Shown here piece after piece: positions 1 to 9,082 of a DNA stretch of 20,000 bases (the stretch's first letter is position 1; each line of letters begins with the position of its first letter). This DNA is from Chiloscyllium plagiosum (Eukaryota): positions 15,034,219 through 15,054,218 of the forward strand of contig NC_057751.1 of assembly GCF_004010195.1 (NCBI RefSeq). Reading direction: 5' to 3'. The translations under genes and the position numbers were made by a program. Below the pieces are notes generated by a model, which was given only the letters and a program-made list of their open reading frames with translations, had not been told where the DNA came from and did not search any database.

Positions 1-60
1 AGGGCAGTCTACAACACACATTGTAGCTTCCCTAGAAGGAAAATGTCTATTCTGAGGGAA

Positions 61-780
61 GAAAGAAAGACTTGCATTTCTTTAGAATCTTTCAAAGCCT
101 CAGGAAGCCTTGAAGCAGTTCACAGCTAATTAAGTATTTTTGAAGTGTAATAGCCGTTATAGTGTAGGGAAACATGGTGGCCAATTTGTGCATGGCAACT
201 TCCTACAAATAAAAATGCAACAACAATGCATCCAAAGATGTGCAGGTTAGGTGAATTGGCCATGCTAAATTGCCCATAGTGTTCAGGGATGTTTTGGTTA
301 GATGCATTAGTCAGGGGTAATAATAGGTTTGGGGAATGGGTCTGAGTGGGTTATTTTTTGGAGGGTCGGTGTGGACTTGTTGGGCCAAAGGGCCTGTTTC
401 CACACTGTAGGGATTCGAACTCAAAACTGATCAGATTGACTATTAGTTGACGGAAAAATATTGGTCAGGCACCAGGGAGAATTCCCTGATTTCCCTCAAA
501 ATACTACCATGAGATCTTTTACACGGGATCTTTCTCTGAGGGAGTAATGGTGCCTTGTCTCATCCGAATGTTGGCACATTTGGTAATCTTGCACTTCTGG
601 CAGTATAATATTTCATCAATACTGACAGTACTCCCTCACTACTTAATGTCTAGCAGTGCAGTATTCTCTCACTGAATATCTATCACAGCAGTATCCTCTC
701 AATGAATTTCTGTCAATGCAGGGCTTCTTGAGTAATACCCCTGAGTACTGTAGCACAGGGAATGTCAGCACCTCATTAAT
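61..780 (-). mobile_element. DeuSINE-type SINE (SacSINE1/AmnSINE-like), interrupted by an HE1 SINE
   Basis: 61-215 (aagacttgcattt...tttgaagtgta...ccaatttgtgca) and ~440-600 (ttggtcaggcaccagggagaattccc...ccatgagatcttttaca...gtctcatccgaa) resemble the reverse complement of the L2-like tail and Deu core as I recall them. 600-780 is a degenerate reiteration of the cagtactccctca motif. Confidence 0.7.
232..416 (+). mobile_element. HE1-type V-SINE, 5'-truncated
   Basis: ccaaagatgtgcaggttaggtgaattggccatgctaaattgccc...gggcctgtttccacactgtaggga closely matches the longer copy at 13459-13725 in this window. Confidence 0.85.
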
Positions 781-879
781 ATTTTGTGCAAAGAGTATTT
801 GGTATAACAGTTTATTTGAAAGAGTGGAGGAATGGGTTTCTTGTTGATCATGTTTGGACTACTAATATGGAAATGCCAT

Positions 880-1078
880 CAACATAGTTATACAGCACCA
901 TTAATGTAATGCAATGTATCAATGTATTTGACAGAAGTATTATTAAATAAAATGAATCATCAAGTCACATAAGGTAATATTAGGTTAAATGAACAAAAGA
1001 TTAGCCAAAGAGTTTGGTTTTAAGGAGTGTCTAAAAGGAGGAGCGTGAGGTAGAGTTGCGGAGAGGTAGTGGATGTGA
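880..1078 (-). mobile_element. Decayed L2-type LINE 3' fragment
   Basis: cacataaggtaatattagg...ccaaagagtttggttttaaggagtgtctaaaaggaggag...gtagag..gcggagagg resembles the antisense 3' end of shark L2 elements (recall only). Confidence 0.5.
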
Positions 1079-1218
1079 TCCTTCTGAGGAAAACCTGGGA
1101 TTGTTCAATGTTTAAAAATGCTGCAATGAAACTGTAAAGAGTGAGTTTGTCTCATGTACAGTTTACTGTATTAATAACATAGAATATTACTTTCTCTGTG
1201 TTGGAAACTTCTCAATAT

Positions 1219-1742
1219 TCTTATGGACCAAGCCAGACCCCTTCAAAACTTTTCAACAAGGTCATCCAGACCCTATCGTTTCCACTTGTTTTAAGCAGGT
1301 GTAAAGTGGATACTTGAGGAGTGGTGCAGCTAGCCTCATCACTCCGTTTCAAACAAAACAGAATTTATTTGTACATGAATAAAAGAAAACCAAATTTAGA
1401 ATAATGTAACTATTTGAAAACCAACATCCCCATAAACACCCCCTTGACAAAAAAGGTAAAATCAAGCACAGGTTCTTACAGGGGAGATGTCAGGGAGAGA
1501 CAGGATTAGCAGGGGAGCTGTTTTTTGACCAGTAGCCTCAAAAAACTGACTGCTTGCTTAAACCCAATCAAACCAAACCCTGAACTGGGAGAACTGGCCA
1601 TTTCCTTTTCATTGTAAAGTGTTTCAAAAGAAAGACTTAAAAACATTCTCAAGTAGATAGACATATAGGAACTTCTGACTTTATGATCCCTCTGAGAAAA
1701 AAAAGGACAACATTACCTTGTTAAAGAAGCAGCATCATCACA
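1219..1742 (-). mobile_element. Probable solo LTR (524 bp) with 4-bp TSD
   Basis: Ends TCTTATG...CATCACA form an imperfect inverted pair (canonical TG...CA with one change). Flanked by ATAT at 1215-1218 and 1743-1746. AATAAA on the minus strand near 1364. Confidence 0.65.
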
Positions 1743-2747
1743 ATATGACCCTGCCTAGAAAGCATTGCTTATCTGGGGAAAATTAGCTATTTAGAAAATT
1801 AGCGATTTGGAGAACTTCTCTGAAAGTTTTTTAAAAAACGATTTTTGGTGAATTCTGCTCGATGATAGTCATTTCTGAATACTTTTTCCTCACCATTCAG
1901 GACCCAAGACACACTTGTGCCACACAGCCAGGTGCACATGTGACTACTATCTGGCTCTCTGTCTGCTCCCATTCCCAGTTTGGGAGAAGTACAAGAATCA
2001 TCCCTTGAAACATTGTTCCAAGGACATACAGTGTTTTTTTACTACCTGAAGAAGAATGCAAACAAAAATTAAAGCCTTTCAGAATGTCCAGACTATTTCG
2101 TGTGCAGTTTGTCATCTGCTAATCTGTCTCAGTGTTTGGAGTGACAATGAGGAGCTGCTAACATGTCAACTCAAAATGGAGAAGAACATGATGAACAAAC
2201 AGCGTGTCTCCTATTGATGCGACCTTTTGTATATGATGCCTCCGTGTGGCATGCTTCAGAGTAAAAGAATCCAAATAGAGGCAGTGGTGGGGAAGTGAGA
2301 AGGATAGATATGTCAACTGGTCAAATAAATTATGTGTTTAAAAAACGGTCAATCCAGAGATGATGCACAGCCTGTCTTATCATTGTCTTAACCCAAGATC
2401 ATTCAATAATATTACTGAATGACAACCTGACCATGCAATCTTCAGTATCTTCCCCAGACAATTCGTCTTGCTCAGCCTTAATGGTTAATATAACTTCTTC
2501 TGAGTGTGCTGAGAAATGAATGTTTGGGCATGGGAGAGCTCTGCATTTCAAAGGTCTTCCGAAAATGCCTTTTTCCTCAGACGGTAGGGTCAAAAAAGTG
2601 TATGCCTTTGGAGAACGTGAGAGATGAAGGAATATCGGGAGGTGAAATTAACGAACAGTGTCTGAAATACAGTGAGCATTTCCTTGTCACTGACGGTGAG
2701 ACTCAATGAGTATTAATTATCCCCATAATGATGTTCAATACTATGCA

Positions 2748-2930
2748 CTGATATTCACAGTGAAATTTGATACATAACACCCTGATGTTGACAATCAAAC
2801 TCAACACTCTATATGCTGATGTTTGCAGTCACACTCGGTATAACACTCTGATATTGACAGTGAAGCTCAGTATGCTGGTATTCACAGTGAGACTCGGAAT
2901 AAGACCCCGATTGTCACACAGAAACTCAAT
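2748..2930. repeat. Degenerate minisatellite, ~6 copies of a 27-34 bp unit
   Basis: Units start at 2748, 2782, 2816, 2848, 2875 and 2907; approximate consensus CTGATATTCACAGTGAAACTCRGTATAACAC. Confidence 0.7.
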
Positions 2931-2954
2931 GAATATGTCATGGGATTTTGACAC

Positions 2955-3140
2955 TCAGAGGCGGAACCAGCCAGTGTTACCGAATGTGTTCGGACCACGT
3001 GAGGGACGCGGTTGCCACGGTGACGGAGGTGATGTAATGACGCTGCGTCGGCGTGTGCGACGCCGTGGACCGTTGGAAAGCTGGAAGAAGGTAAGCGAGC
3101 GGCTGTCGCGCTGATGGGCTCCTAATCCCAGCTCGGGGTG
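2955..3140 (+). promoter_or_regulatory. ENKD1: CpG-rich ENKD1 promoter with RFX X-box
   Basis: This is the densest CpG patch in an otherwise CpG-poor window. GTTGCCACGGTGAC at 3011-3024 matches the X-box (GTTGCC-NN-GGYAAC, 1 mismatch). ETS-like CGGAA near 2962 and ATF/CEBP-like TGATGTAAT at 3030-3038. Confidence 0.75.
3040..3090 (+). other. ENKD1: Probable non-coding first exon of ENKD1 (5' boundary approximate)
   Basis: Strong donor AAG|GTAAGC at 3090/3091 directly downstream of the promoter. The ATG-bearing exon is preceded by acceptor-like sequence. Confidence 0.65.
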
Positions 3141-3306
3141 GTCCTGGTTGTTGGTGATTCCTTTCGGGCTTACACTGAAGGACCATGACTTATTCCAGCC
3201 TGCTCCTCCCCAAGCAGACTGAACTCCGAGCCTGGATACAGCTGATTGCAACTTGACTCCATAATGATACACTGGATTTTGACAATGCTCGGTTTTGTCC
3301 CACAAA

Positions 3307-3333
3307 CCCCCCCCCCCCCCCCCCCGCCCCCCC
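3307..3333. repeat. Poly-C tract (C19-G-C7)
   Basis: Read directly from the sequence. Confidence 0.95.
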
Positions 3334-4009
3334 ACAACCACTGCAAAAGTGCGTCCAAGTCGAATAACCCCTGTACTGATTCTGACCAGAAACCAACTTG
3401 GGCCCAGGCTTTTAGTCTCAGCTGTCAAACAGGGTAAGAAGAATGGCTTCTTAAACTGTGTTGTCCAAGGCCCCTTATGAGGGAAAAATGACCCTTTGAA
3501 CTATCCATCGGTTCTACCTACCCACAGTCCTTACCACCGCAAAAACGCTTATCAAAATCAATGGTAAGAATTACACTTCTTCTGATGAGATGCCAATGAG
3601 GAGACATGCAGAACCATACAAGAAAGCTGCATTCGGACCTCATACAGCTATTTCCCCTTGTCATTGAGCCACACAAATGTTGAAAGTTCTAGTTCTTTGT
3701 TGACATAAGTTGGGCTTATAAAACTAGTTGTTGCATTTTGTGATTTGTGCATGGAGCTGGTCTGGTTGCCGGATGTTGTTAACTCATGTGACCTCAGCCG
3801 TAGTGTTGCATGTCAGTCACTTGCATTTTCAGCTACAGTAGTTAGTGGATCAAATGCATTTATGTTGACAACCAGTGGCGTGGGACTGTACTTTGAGAAC
3901 CACTGCTCTATAAGGACTTTCTGGGGAGGAAATCACATTAAATTTCAGGGTGGTGCAGATTATCTAGGCCTTTGGATTAAACAAAGCCACTTTAGTAGTT
4001 AAAGGATAG

Positions 4010-5100
4010 TTCAGAATATTGTTTAAAGTAGATTGTCAAATTAAAGTAAAAGATTTGTAGATACATAAGCAATGGCAAAACTGTGGAAAAGGAATTGCCT
4101 CTCAAGGAATAAAATAGCATTGGAAAACATTCCTGTTGTGGCAAAGTAATGAAGTAAAGATTAGATTCAAAGAAGCAGCTTTCAATGTTACCAAAAAGGG
4201 TGTTGTGAGCCAGAGGATTTTAAAAATCAAGAAAACCTGACCAAAAAAATGAGATAATGAGGATGAAAGAACAGGAGGAAGCCAGCAAGAAAATAGATAG
4301 TCAAAGCTTTTCTGAGAACTTATAAGAAAGGAATTAGTGGAATTAAAATTGACCCATGGAGGCAAAGGCAGGAGAAATTACAAGTGAAAATAACAATATG
4401 TCAGATATTAGGTCAAGAAATAATTCTTTATAATGTCATAATGGATACGCTAAGAAAAATAATCATTATTTGGGAACTGAACATTTAATGACAGTAAGGA
4501 ATTAAATTCAAATTGTGAAGTTGTCATAAGGTTTAAAAAGAGGAGCTGCAAAATTATTAGAAGCATTGGTTTTGATTTTCCAGTATTGTTAGATTTTAGG
4601 AGAAAGTGAGGACTGCAGATGCTGGAGATGTGCATTGAGAGTGTGGTGCTGGAAAAGCACAGCAGGTCAGGTCGCATCAGAGGAGCAGGAGAATCGATGT
4701 TTCGGGCATAAGCCCTTCAACAGGAATCAGATATTAGGACTGTCCCCATGGATTGGCAAGTAGTAAATATGACTCTGCTATTCAGGAAGGGCAAGAGAGA
4801 GAAAACTTCAAATTAAAGGCAAACCAGGTGTATTAACTGTCGCTCCAAATTGATCCATTGACATTTTAGATCCAGAGACAAATCAAAAATGATCAATAAC
4901 TGATAGATTAAGAGTTAAGGAGACTCAAAGGAATTTTAGTGTGATGTTCATGTGCACAAATAAAAGTTAGTTGACAGATTTTAGAATTAATTTAACAACA
5001 TTAATAGAATCATTCTCTAAAGTTAGCATAATGAGGAATAGTAGTAAAGACCTCACTCAAAGTATTGTATTCAATTTTGGGCCCTGTACCTCAGGCAAGA
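4010..5100 (+). mobile_element. Highly decayed CR1 LINE ORF2 fragments
   Basis: 4742-4806 translates roughly VPMDWQVVNMTLLFRKGKREK, the CR1 pre-RT motif. The surrounding sequence is A-rich and degenerate; boundaries are approximate. Confidence 0.55.
4599..4728 (-). mobile_element. Penelope-like terminal-repeat fragment with degenerate hammerhead core
   Basis: Same family as 6648-6875 (ggagaaagtgaggactgcagatgct...). Flanked by agattttagga (4591-4601) and agatattagga (4729-4739). Confidence 0.7.
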
Positions 5101-5419
5101 TTTAAACTCTGTGGAATTACCTCAAATTTACAGCGCAGTATTTTTCAGGTCATTAAACCCAATTGGTTCACATTGATGTTTCTGCTCCACATCACCCTTC
5201 TTCCACCTGTCAACTTATCAGTGTAATTTTCTATTCCTTTCTCCCTCACATATGTGATTGGCTTTCTCTCAAACATATCTCTGCTATTCAACTTAATAAT
5301 TTCTTGTGATTTCAAGTTTCACCTCTGAGTACATAAGTTTTTCCTGAATCTCTTATTGGATTTAAATTAGTAACAAGTTGGTTGATCCAATAAGGTTGCT
5401 TCAGGGAATCTATTGTGCC

Positions 5420-5700
5420 TATTGGGCAACTCAGAACAAGAAGGCATGACCTTAAAATTACAGCATTTGGATGGGAAATCGGGTTATATGAAGTGTTGAA
5501 TAAGTCTGCAGTTTTGTTCGCCTTTTTGAAATTCAATTGTAATTTTCAACACAGAAATTGGAGTTTTCTTTTGTAAGCCAAGGTTTTCAAGTGATATAAA
5601 ACAAACGGGAAAATGAGTTGAGGTACAGTTCAGACATGATCCAAATTAATGGTGGGACAGGCTTGAAGGACTGATGACCTCCTTCTGCTCCTGTGATGCT
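5420..5700 (+). mobile_element. CR1 LINE 3' end fragment
   Basis: gagttgaggtacagttcagacatgatc...aatggtgggacaggcttgaaggactgatgacctccttctgctcct resembles a CR1 3' terminus; a similar terminus lies at 8610-8690. Confidence 0.6.
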
Positions 5701-5763
5701 CCTTTCCTTTTTAAATTAAATTATTTTGACATAGCTCTGTTACTGTATTACCAGGAAGCAAAG

Positions 5764-5848
5764 ATGTCTGAGGGTCCGTCCAAGATATCTGGTCCCATTC
5801 CACCAGACCCAACACTATTCCCAGATTTCTACAAGCGTCCAATGTCAG
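5764..5848 (+). CDS. ENKD1: ENKD1 coding exon 1 (MSEGPSKISGPIPPDPTLFPDFYKRPMS)
   Basis: ATG in AAGATGT context. Peptide matches the recalled ENKD1 N-terminus (MCEGPSRISGPIPPDPTL in human). Donor CAG|GTGAGG; 85 nt, phase 1. Confidence 0.95.
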
Positions 5849-6647
5849 GTGAGGTTTTACCTTTTTGTTTCCAGTGAAGTGCTTTCCATCTTCCTTTTGT
5901 GTTATTCTCATCTGAGAGGAAACAAAGTTGAAAGAAGTGTTTCTGCATGCAATGATTCTTGCCCTTTTGCCCATTCTATGCAATGGCTTAAGGTAGTCTG
6001 AAAGAACAAATTTAAACAAGAAATAACTTTTCCTAGCTACATTTGAAATAGAGTAATTGTGCAGGTACAGTATATTTGTAGAAACATGGGAAAGTAACCA
6101 ATTGGAATCTAATTGAGAGCTTCATGGTGTTGTTATAGATACAATGATTGGACACCCTATTAATACTAGGCTGAAATTCAGTCGAGAACTAAGTGCAAGT
6201 AATTGGGTGAGTGAAGATTCATATTCAGTAATTACTCCCCCAGTGTTGAATATTTCACAATATCTAATTAATAACAAATATGGTTTCAATTTTTATAATC
6301 TGATTCTGATTTTTTCGTTAGTTTAGTACTATTCCTAAAAATGACGGTTGCATAGGATGAAAGAGTAAAGGTGCTAATTGTTTTATCATTAATTATCCTG
6401 AATAGGGTTTGTTGTACAGATGGTGAGTGATCTTTGGGAGGTTTGTGATAAGACTCTTAACACACTTGGAGGATATCTTGAAACATAACTATTTAAACAA
6501 TTGTTTAACTGAGAATATGATAACCTTGAAACAAATGTTGGGCACTTTGCAATTTGACATTGAAAATTTTGCTCCTCTTTCTCCTCAGATGAGAGTCAAA
6601 TTTACCCAGTGTTGTTCTATGCCTGCAAAACTGAGCTCAGTAAAGAA

Positions 6648-6875
6648 GGAGAAAGTGAGGACTGCAGATGCTAGAGATCAGAGCTTAAAAATGTGTTGCT
6701 AGAAAAGCGCAGCAGGTCAAGCAGCATCCATGGAACAGGAGAATCAACGTTTTGGGTATAAGCCCTTCTTCAGGGCTTATTCCTGAAGAAGGGGTTATGC
6801 CCGAAACGTCGATTCTCCTGTTCCTTTGATGCTGCCTGACCTGCTGCGCTTTTCCAGCAACACATTTTTAAGCTC
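6648..6875. mobile_element. Penelope-like foldback insert (94-bp inverted arms) with hammerhead cores
   Basis: Arms 6681-6774 and 6782-6875 with a 7-nt loop, plus an unpaired ~30-nt tail at 6650-6680. Direct repeat agctcagtaaagaagg at 6634-6649 and 6871-6886. Confidence 0.8.
6783..6810 (+). ncRNA. Candidate minimal hammerhead ribozyme motif
   Basis: CUGAAGA-A-GGG(GUUAUG)CCC-GAAAC-GUC: both conserved core boxes, helix II and a GUC triplet are present. Helix I is weak. Confidence 0.55.
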
Positions 6876-7051
6876 AGTAAAGAAGGGAAAAGATATTGAT
6901 GGTTTTCATTTCTTGTAATTGTTCAGTTACAATTTTGGAAGCTGACACGATCAATTCAGCATTAAGATCCTCATGGCTGAATGATCAATTTACAGGTTGT
7001 ATATACTGACAAATATGTCTAATTGTTTTTGTCTTCTGTTTTTCACTGCAG

Positions 7052-7276
7052 CTCGGGGTCGGCTAGAAGGGAATAGCTTAAAACTAGACTTCCTTTTGGG
7101 ACCATTAGCCCCTGATCCCACCTTGTACCCCTCATGCTACAGTGCCCGCCCATCGCGGCCAGGCCCACGTGTGCGTTCAAATGCCAGAGAGATCCTGGAG
7201 AGAGGGCAAAAGGGCTCTGTCGGCATGCTGCTGCAGCTGGAAGGAGCATCGTTATATCGACCGTTGTCACCAAAAA
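7052..7276 (+). CDS. ENKD1: ENKD1 coding exon 2 (ARGRLEGNSLKLDFL...EILERGQKGSVGMLLQLEG...SPK)
   Basis: Acceptor ttttcactgcag, donor A|GTAAAT; 225 nt, phase 1 to 1. GRLEGN.LKLD and EILERGQ motifs match ENKD1. Confidence 0.95.
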
Positions 7277-7474
7277 GTAAATGATCTTTGTAGTGTGTTG
7301 TTGTTTCTGTGGAATGACTTTGCTGATGAGTAAGCATCTGTCAGGATTGGAATCTTGCTAAGCCAAAGCTAAAATTAAAATTCTGGAACTAGGTGGAGAT
7401 ACTGCATTGATGTGTTATATTTCGATGGTAAGCTCTACATTTCGTTTGAGACTCTTGGCAGCCATTGTTCAGTT

Positions 7475-7843
7475 GATTTGACTAGCTTCACAACAGGCTA
7501 CCTAGACCCTAACCACTGAAATTCCCTCTTTAAACCTAATTTTCCCTTCTCTCAATACTGATCATGTTCACTGAGGTGAGTAAAAGATGGTGTTGACTGA
7601 TTCTCAGTTGAATGGAATAAAAGACTACCTTTGGCAAATGAGGAGCCAGTTTTGCAGTGATGATTTCAAGGTATTTTTGGTTTTGACTATTGTGCCTTGA
7701 CTCTGATACCAATTGAAAACAATATATCTCTCTTTTACTGACCTCATTGATCATGATCAGTACTGGGAGAAGGGAAAATTAGGTTTAAAGAGGGAATATC
7801 AGTGGTTAGGATTGAGGTAGCCTGTTGTGAAGCTAGTCAAATC
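7475..7843. repeat. Long inverted repeat / foldback (MITE-like), 113-bp arms
   Basis: 7475-7587 versus the reverse complement of 7731-7843: 9 mismatches and no gaps by manual alignment; 143-bp spacer. Confidence 0.9.
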
Positions 7844-7879
7844 GGGGGTGCACAAACAGCCAGAATTGGAGGAGCACAC

Positions 7880-8692
7880 AAATAAGGAGCGATGAAATGA
7901 TGTATTTTGCGAGGAATATTGAGGAAGGACAATATAAGCTAAAGATTGCAGTTTTAAGGGAACTGTAGGAGCAGAAAGAGTGGAAATCTGTGCAGATATC
8001 ACTGAAGGTGGTGTGGCAGGTTGAAAAAGTGGTACAGAGGTGTTGGGCTTTATAAAGAGAGGCATCGAACACAATGGAAAAGAAGTTCATGGAACTTATT
8101 CAAAACAGAGTTTGAACTTCGAAAGGAATGCTGTGAGGAGAATAGAATATCAAAGTAGGTATGTTTTGCGAAGTTTTAAGGGCACTGAAAAAACCATATC
8201 TGGAGTATTGTATGTAGTCGTCTTATTTAAGAAGGGACATAATTGTTTTATAAGCAATTCAGAGAAGATCCATTTAATTTATTTCTGCTTATGAGGACAA
8301 GTTTGAGGGGTTGGATCTTTATCCACTGGAATTTAGACGAATGAGGAGAGATCCTGAGTGAACTTGACAGGGTGGATGCTAAAAGGATAATTTGAAAGGA
8401 TAATTGCAAGAAAGACTAGAACGAAGGGACACAATAAGGAGTCACATATTTCTGACAGATGAGAATATTTTTATATTAGAGGATTGTGAATCTGTGGAAT
8501 TCTCTTCTCTCGAGTGTGGCGAAGGCAGAAATACTGCAGTTTTAGAACTGAGGGACATGGAATTCTTTTTTGTTCAGAATCTAAGAGTATTGGGGTTGAC
8601 AGGAAATTGGAGTTGAGGCATTGCTGAGATCATGCATGATCTTAACGAATGGAGAACCAGCCTCCAGGAACTAAGCAGTTTACTCTTCCTTA
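7880..8692 (+). mobile_element. Decayed CR1 LINE 3' part (ORF2 C-terminus and 3' end)
   Basis: The LGFIKRGIEHNGKEV peptide resembles CR1 LGFI.RGIEYKS.EV; CR1-type terminus at 8610-8690. Confidence 0.7.
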
Positions 8693-8802
8693 ATTATAGT
8701 TTCTGTCATTTTGTTTGAAAGGTCACTAGCCCTTAACATGAAGATATGTACAAACTTACATGAAAAATGGTCACAATCAACATTTAGTTTGTTAATTTGA
8801 TG

Positions 8803-8969
8803 ATGTGCAGATGTTGGTTTTGGACTGGGGTGGATACAGTCAGAAGTCACATGACACCAGTTTATAGTCCAACGAAGTGACTTCACCTGATGAAGGAGCA
8901 GCACTCTACAAGCTTGTGATTTCAAATAAACCAGTTGAACTCTGACTTGGTATTGTGTGACTTCTGACG
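8803..8969. mobile_element. Second-family Penelope-like insert with short inverted arms and degenerate hammerhead
   Basis: Arms ~8839-8873 and ~8934-8968. Perfect 14-bp direct repeat ttgttaatttgatg at 8789-8802 and 8970-8983. CTGATGA at 8887. A related fragment lies at 10104-10174. Confidence 0.75.
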
Positions 8970-9082
8970 TTGTTAATTTGATGTCATGAACATCAGTAGA
9001 CCTCATAATGCTTTTTTTTCCTCATTTTTCCAGATATTCTGGACTCAGACTTCAATTCACAGGAATCTTGTTTCTGTTTTAG

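Noticed and set aside
188..199. X-box-like GTGCATGGCAAC
   Set aside because: Only one good half-site, inside a SINE and far from the promoter.
2748..2930. CRISPR-like periodicity
   Set aside because: Units are contiguous and degenerate with no unique spacers; vertebrate context and no cas genes.
2955..3428. 157-aa minus-strand ORF and overlapping Gly/Pro-rich ORFs
   Set aside because: Explained by GC-rich promoter sequence and the poly-C tract; no recognisable domain or exon structure.
3430..3572. Donor-like GGTAAGAA sites near 3434 and 3565 as alternative exons
   Set aside because: No convincing paired acceptor or promoter; cannot be supported without transcripts.
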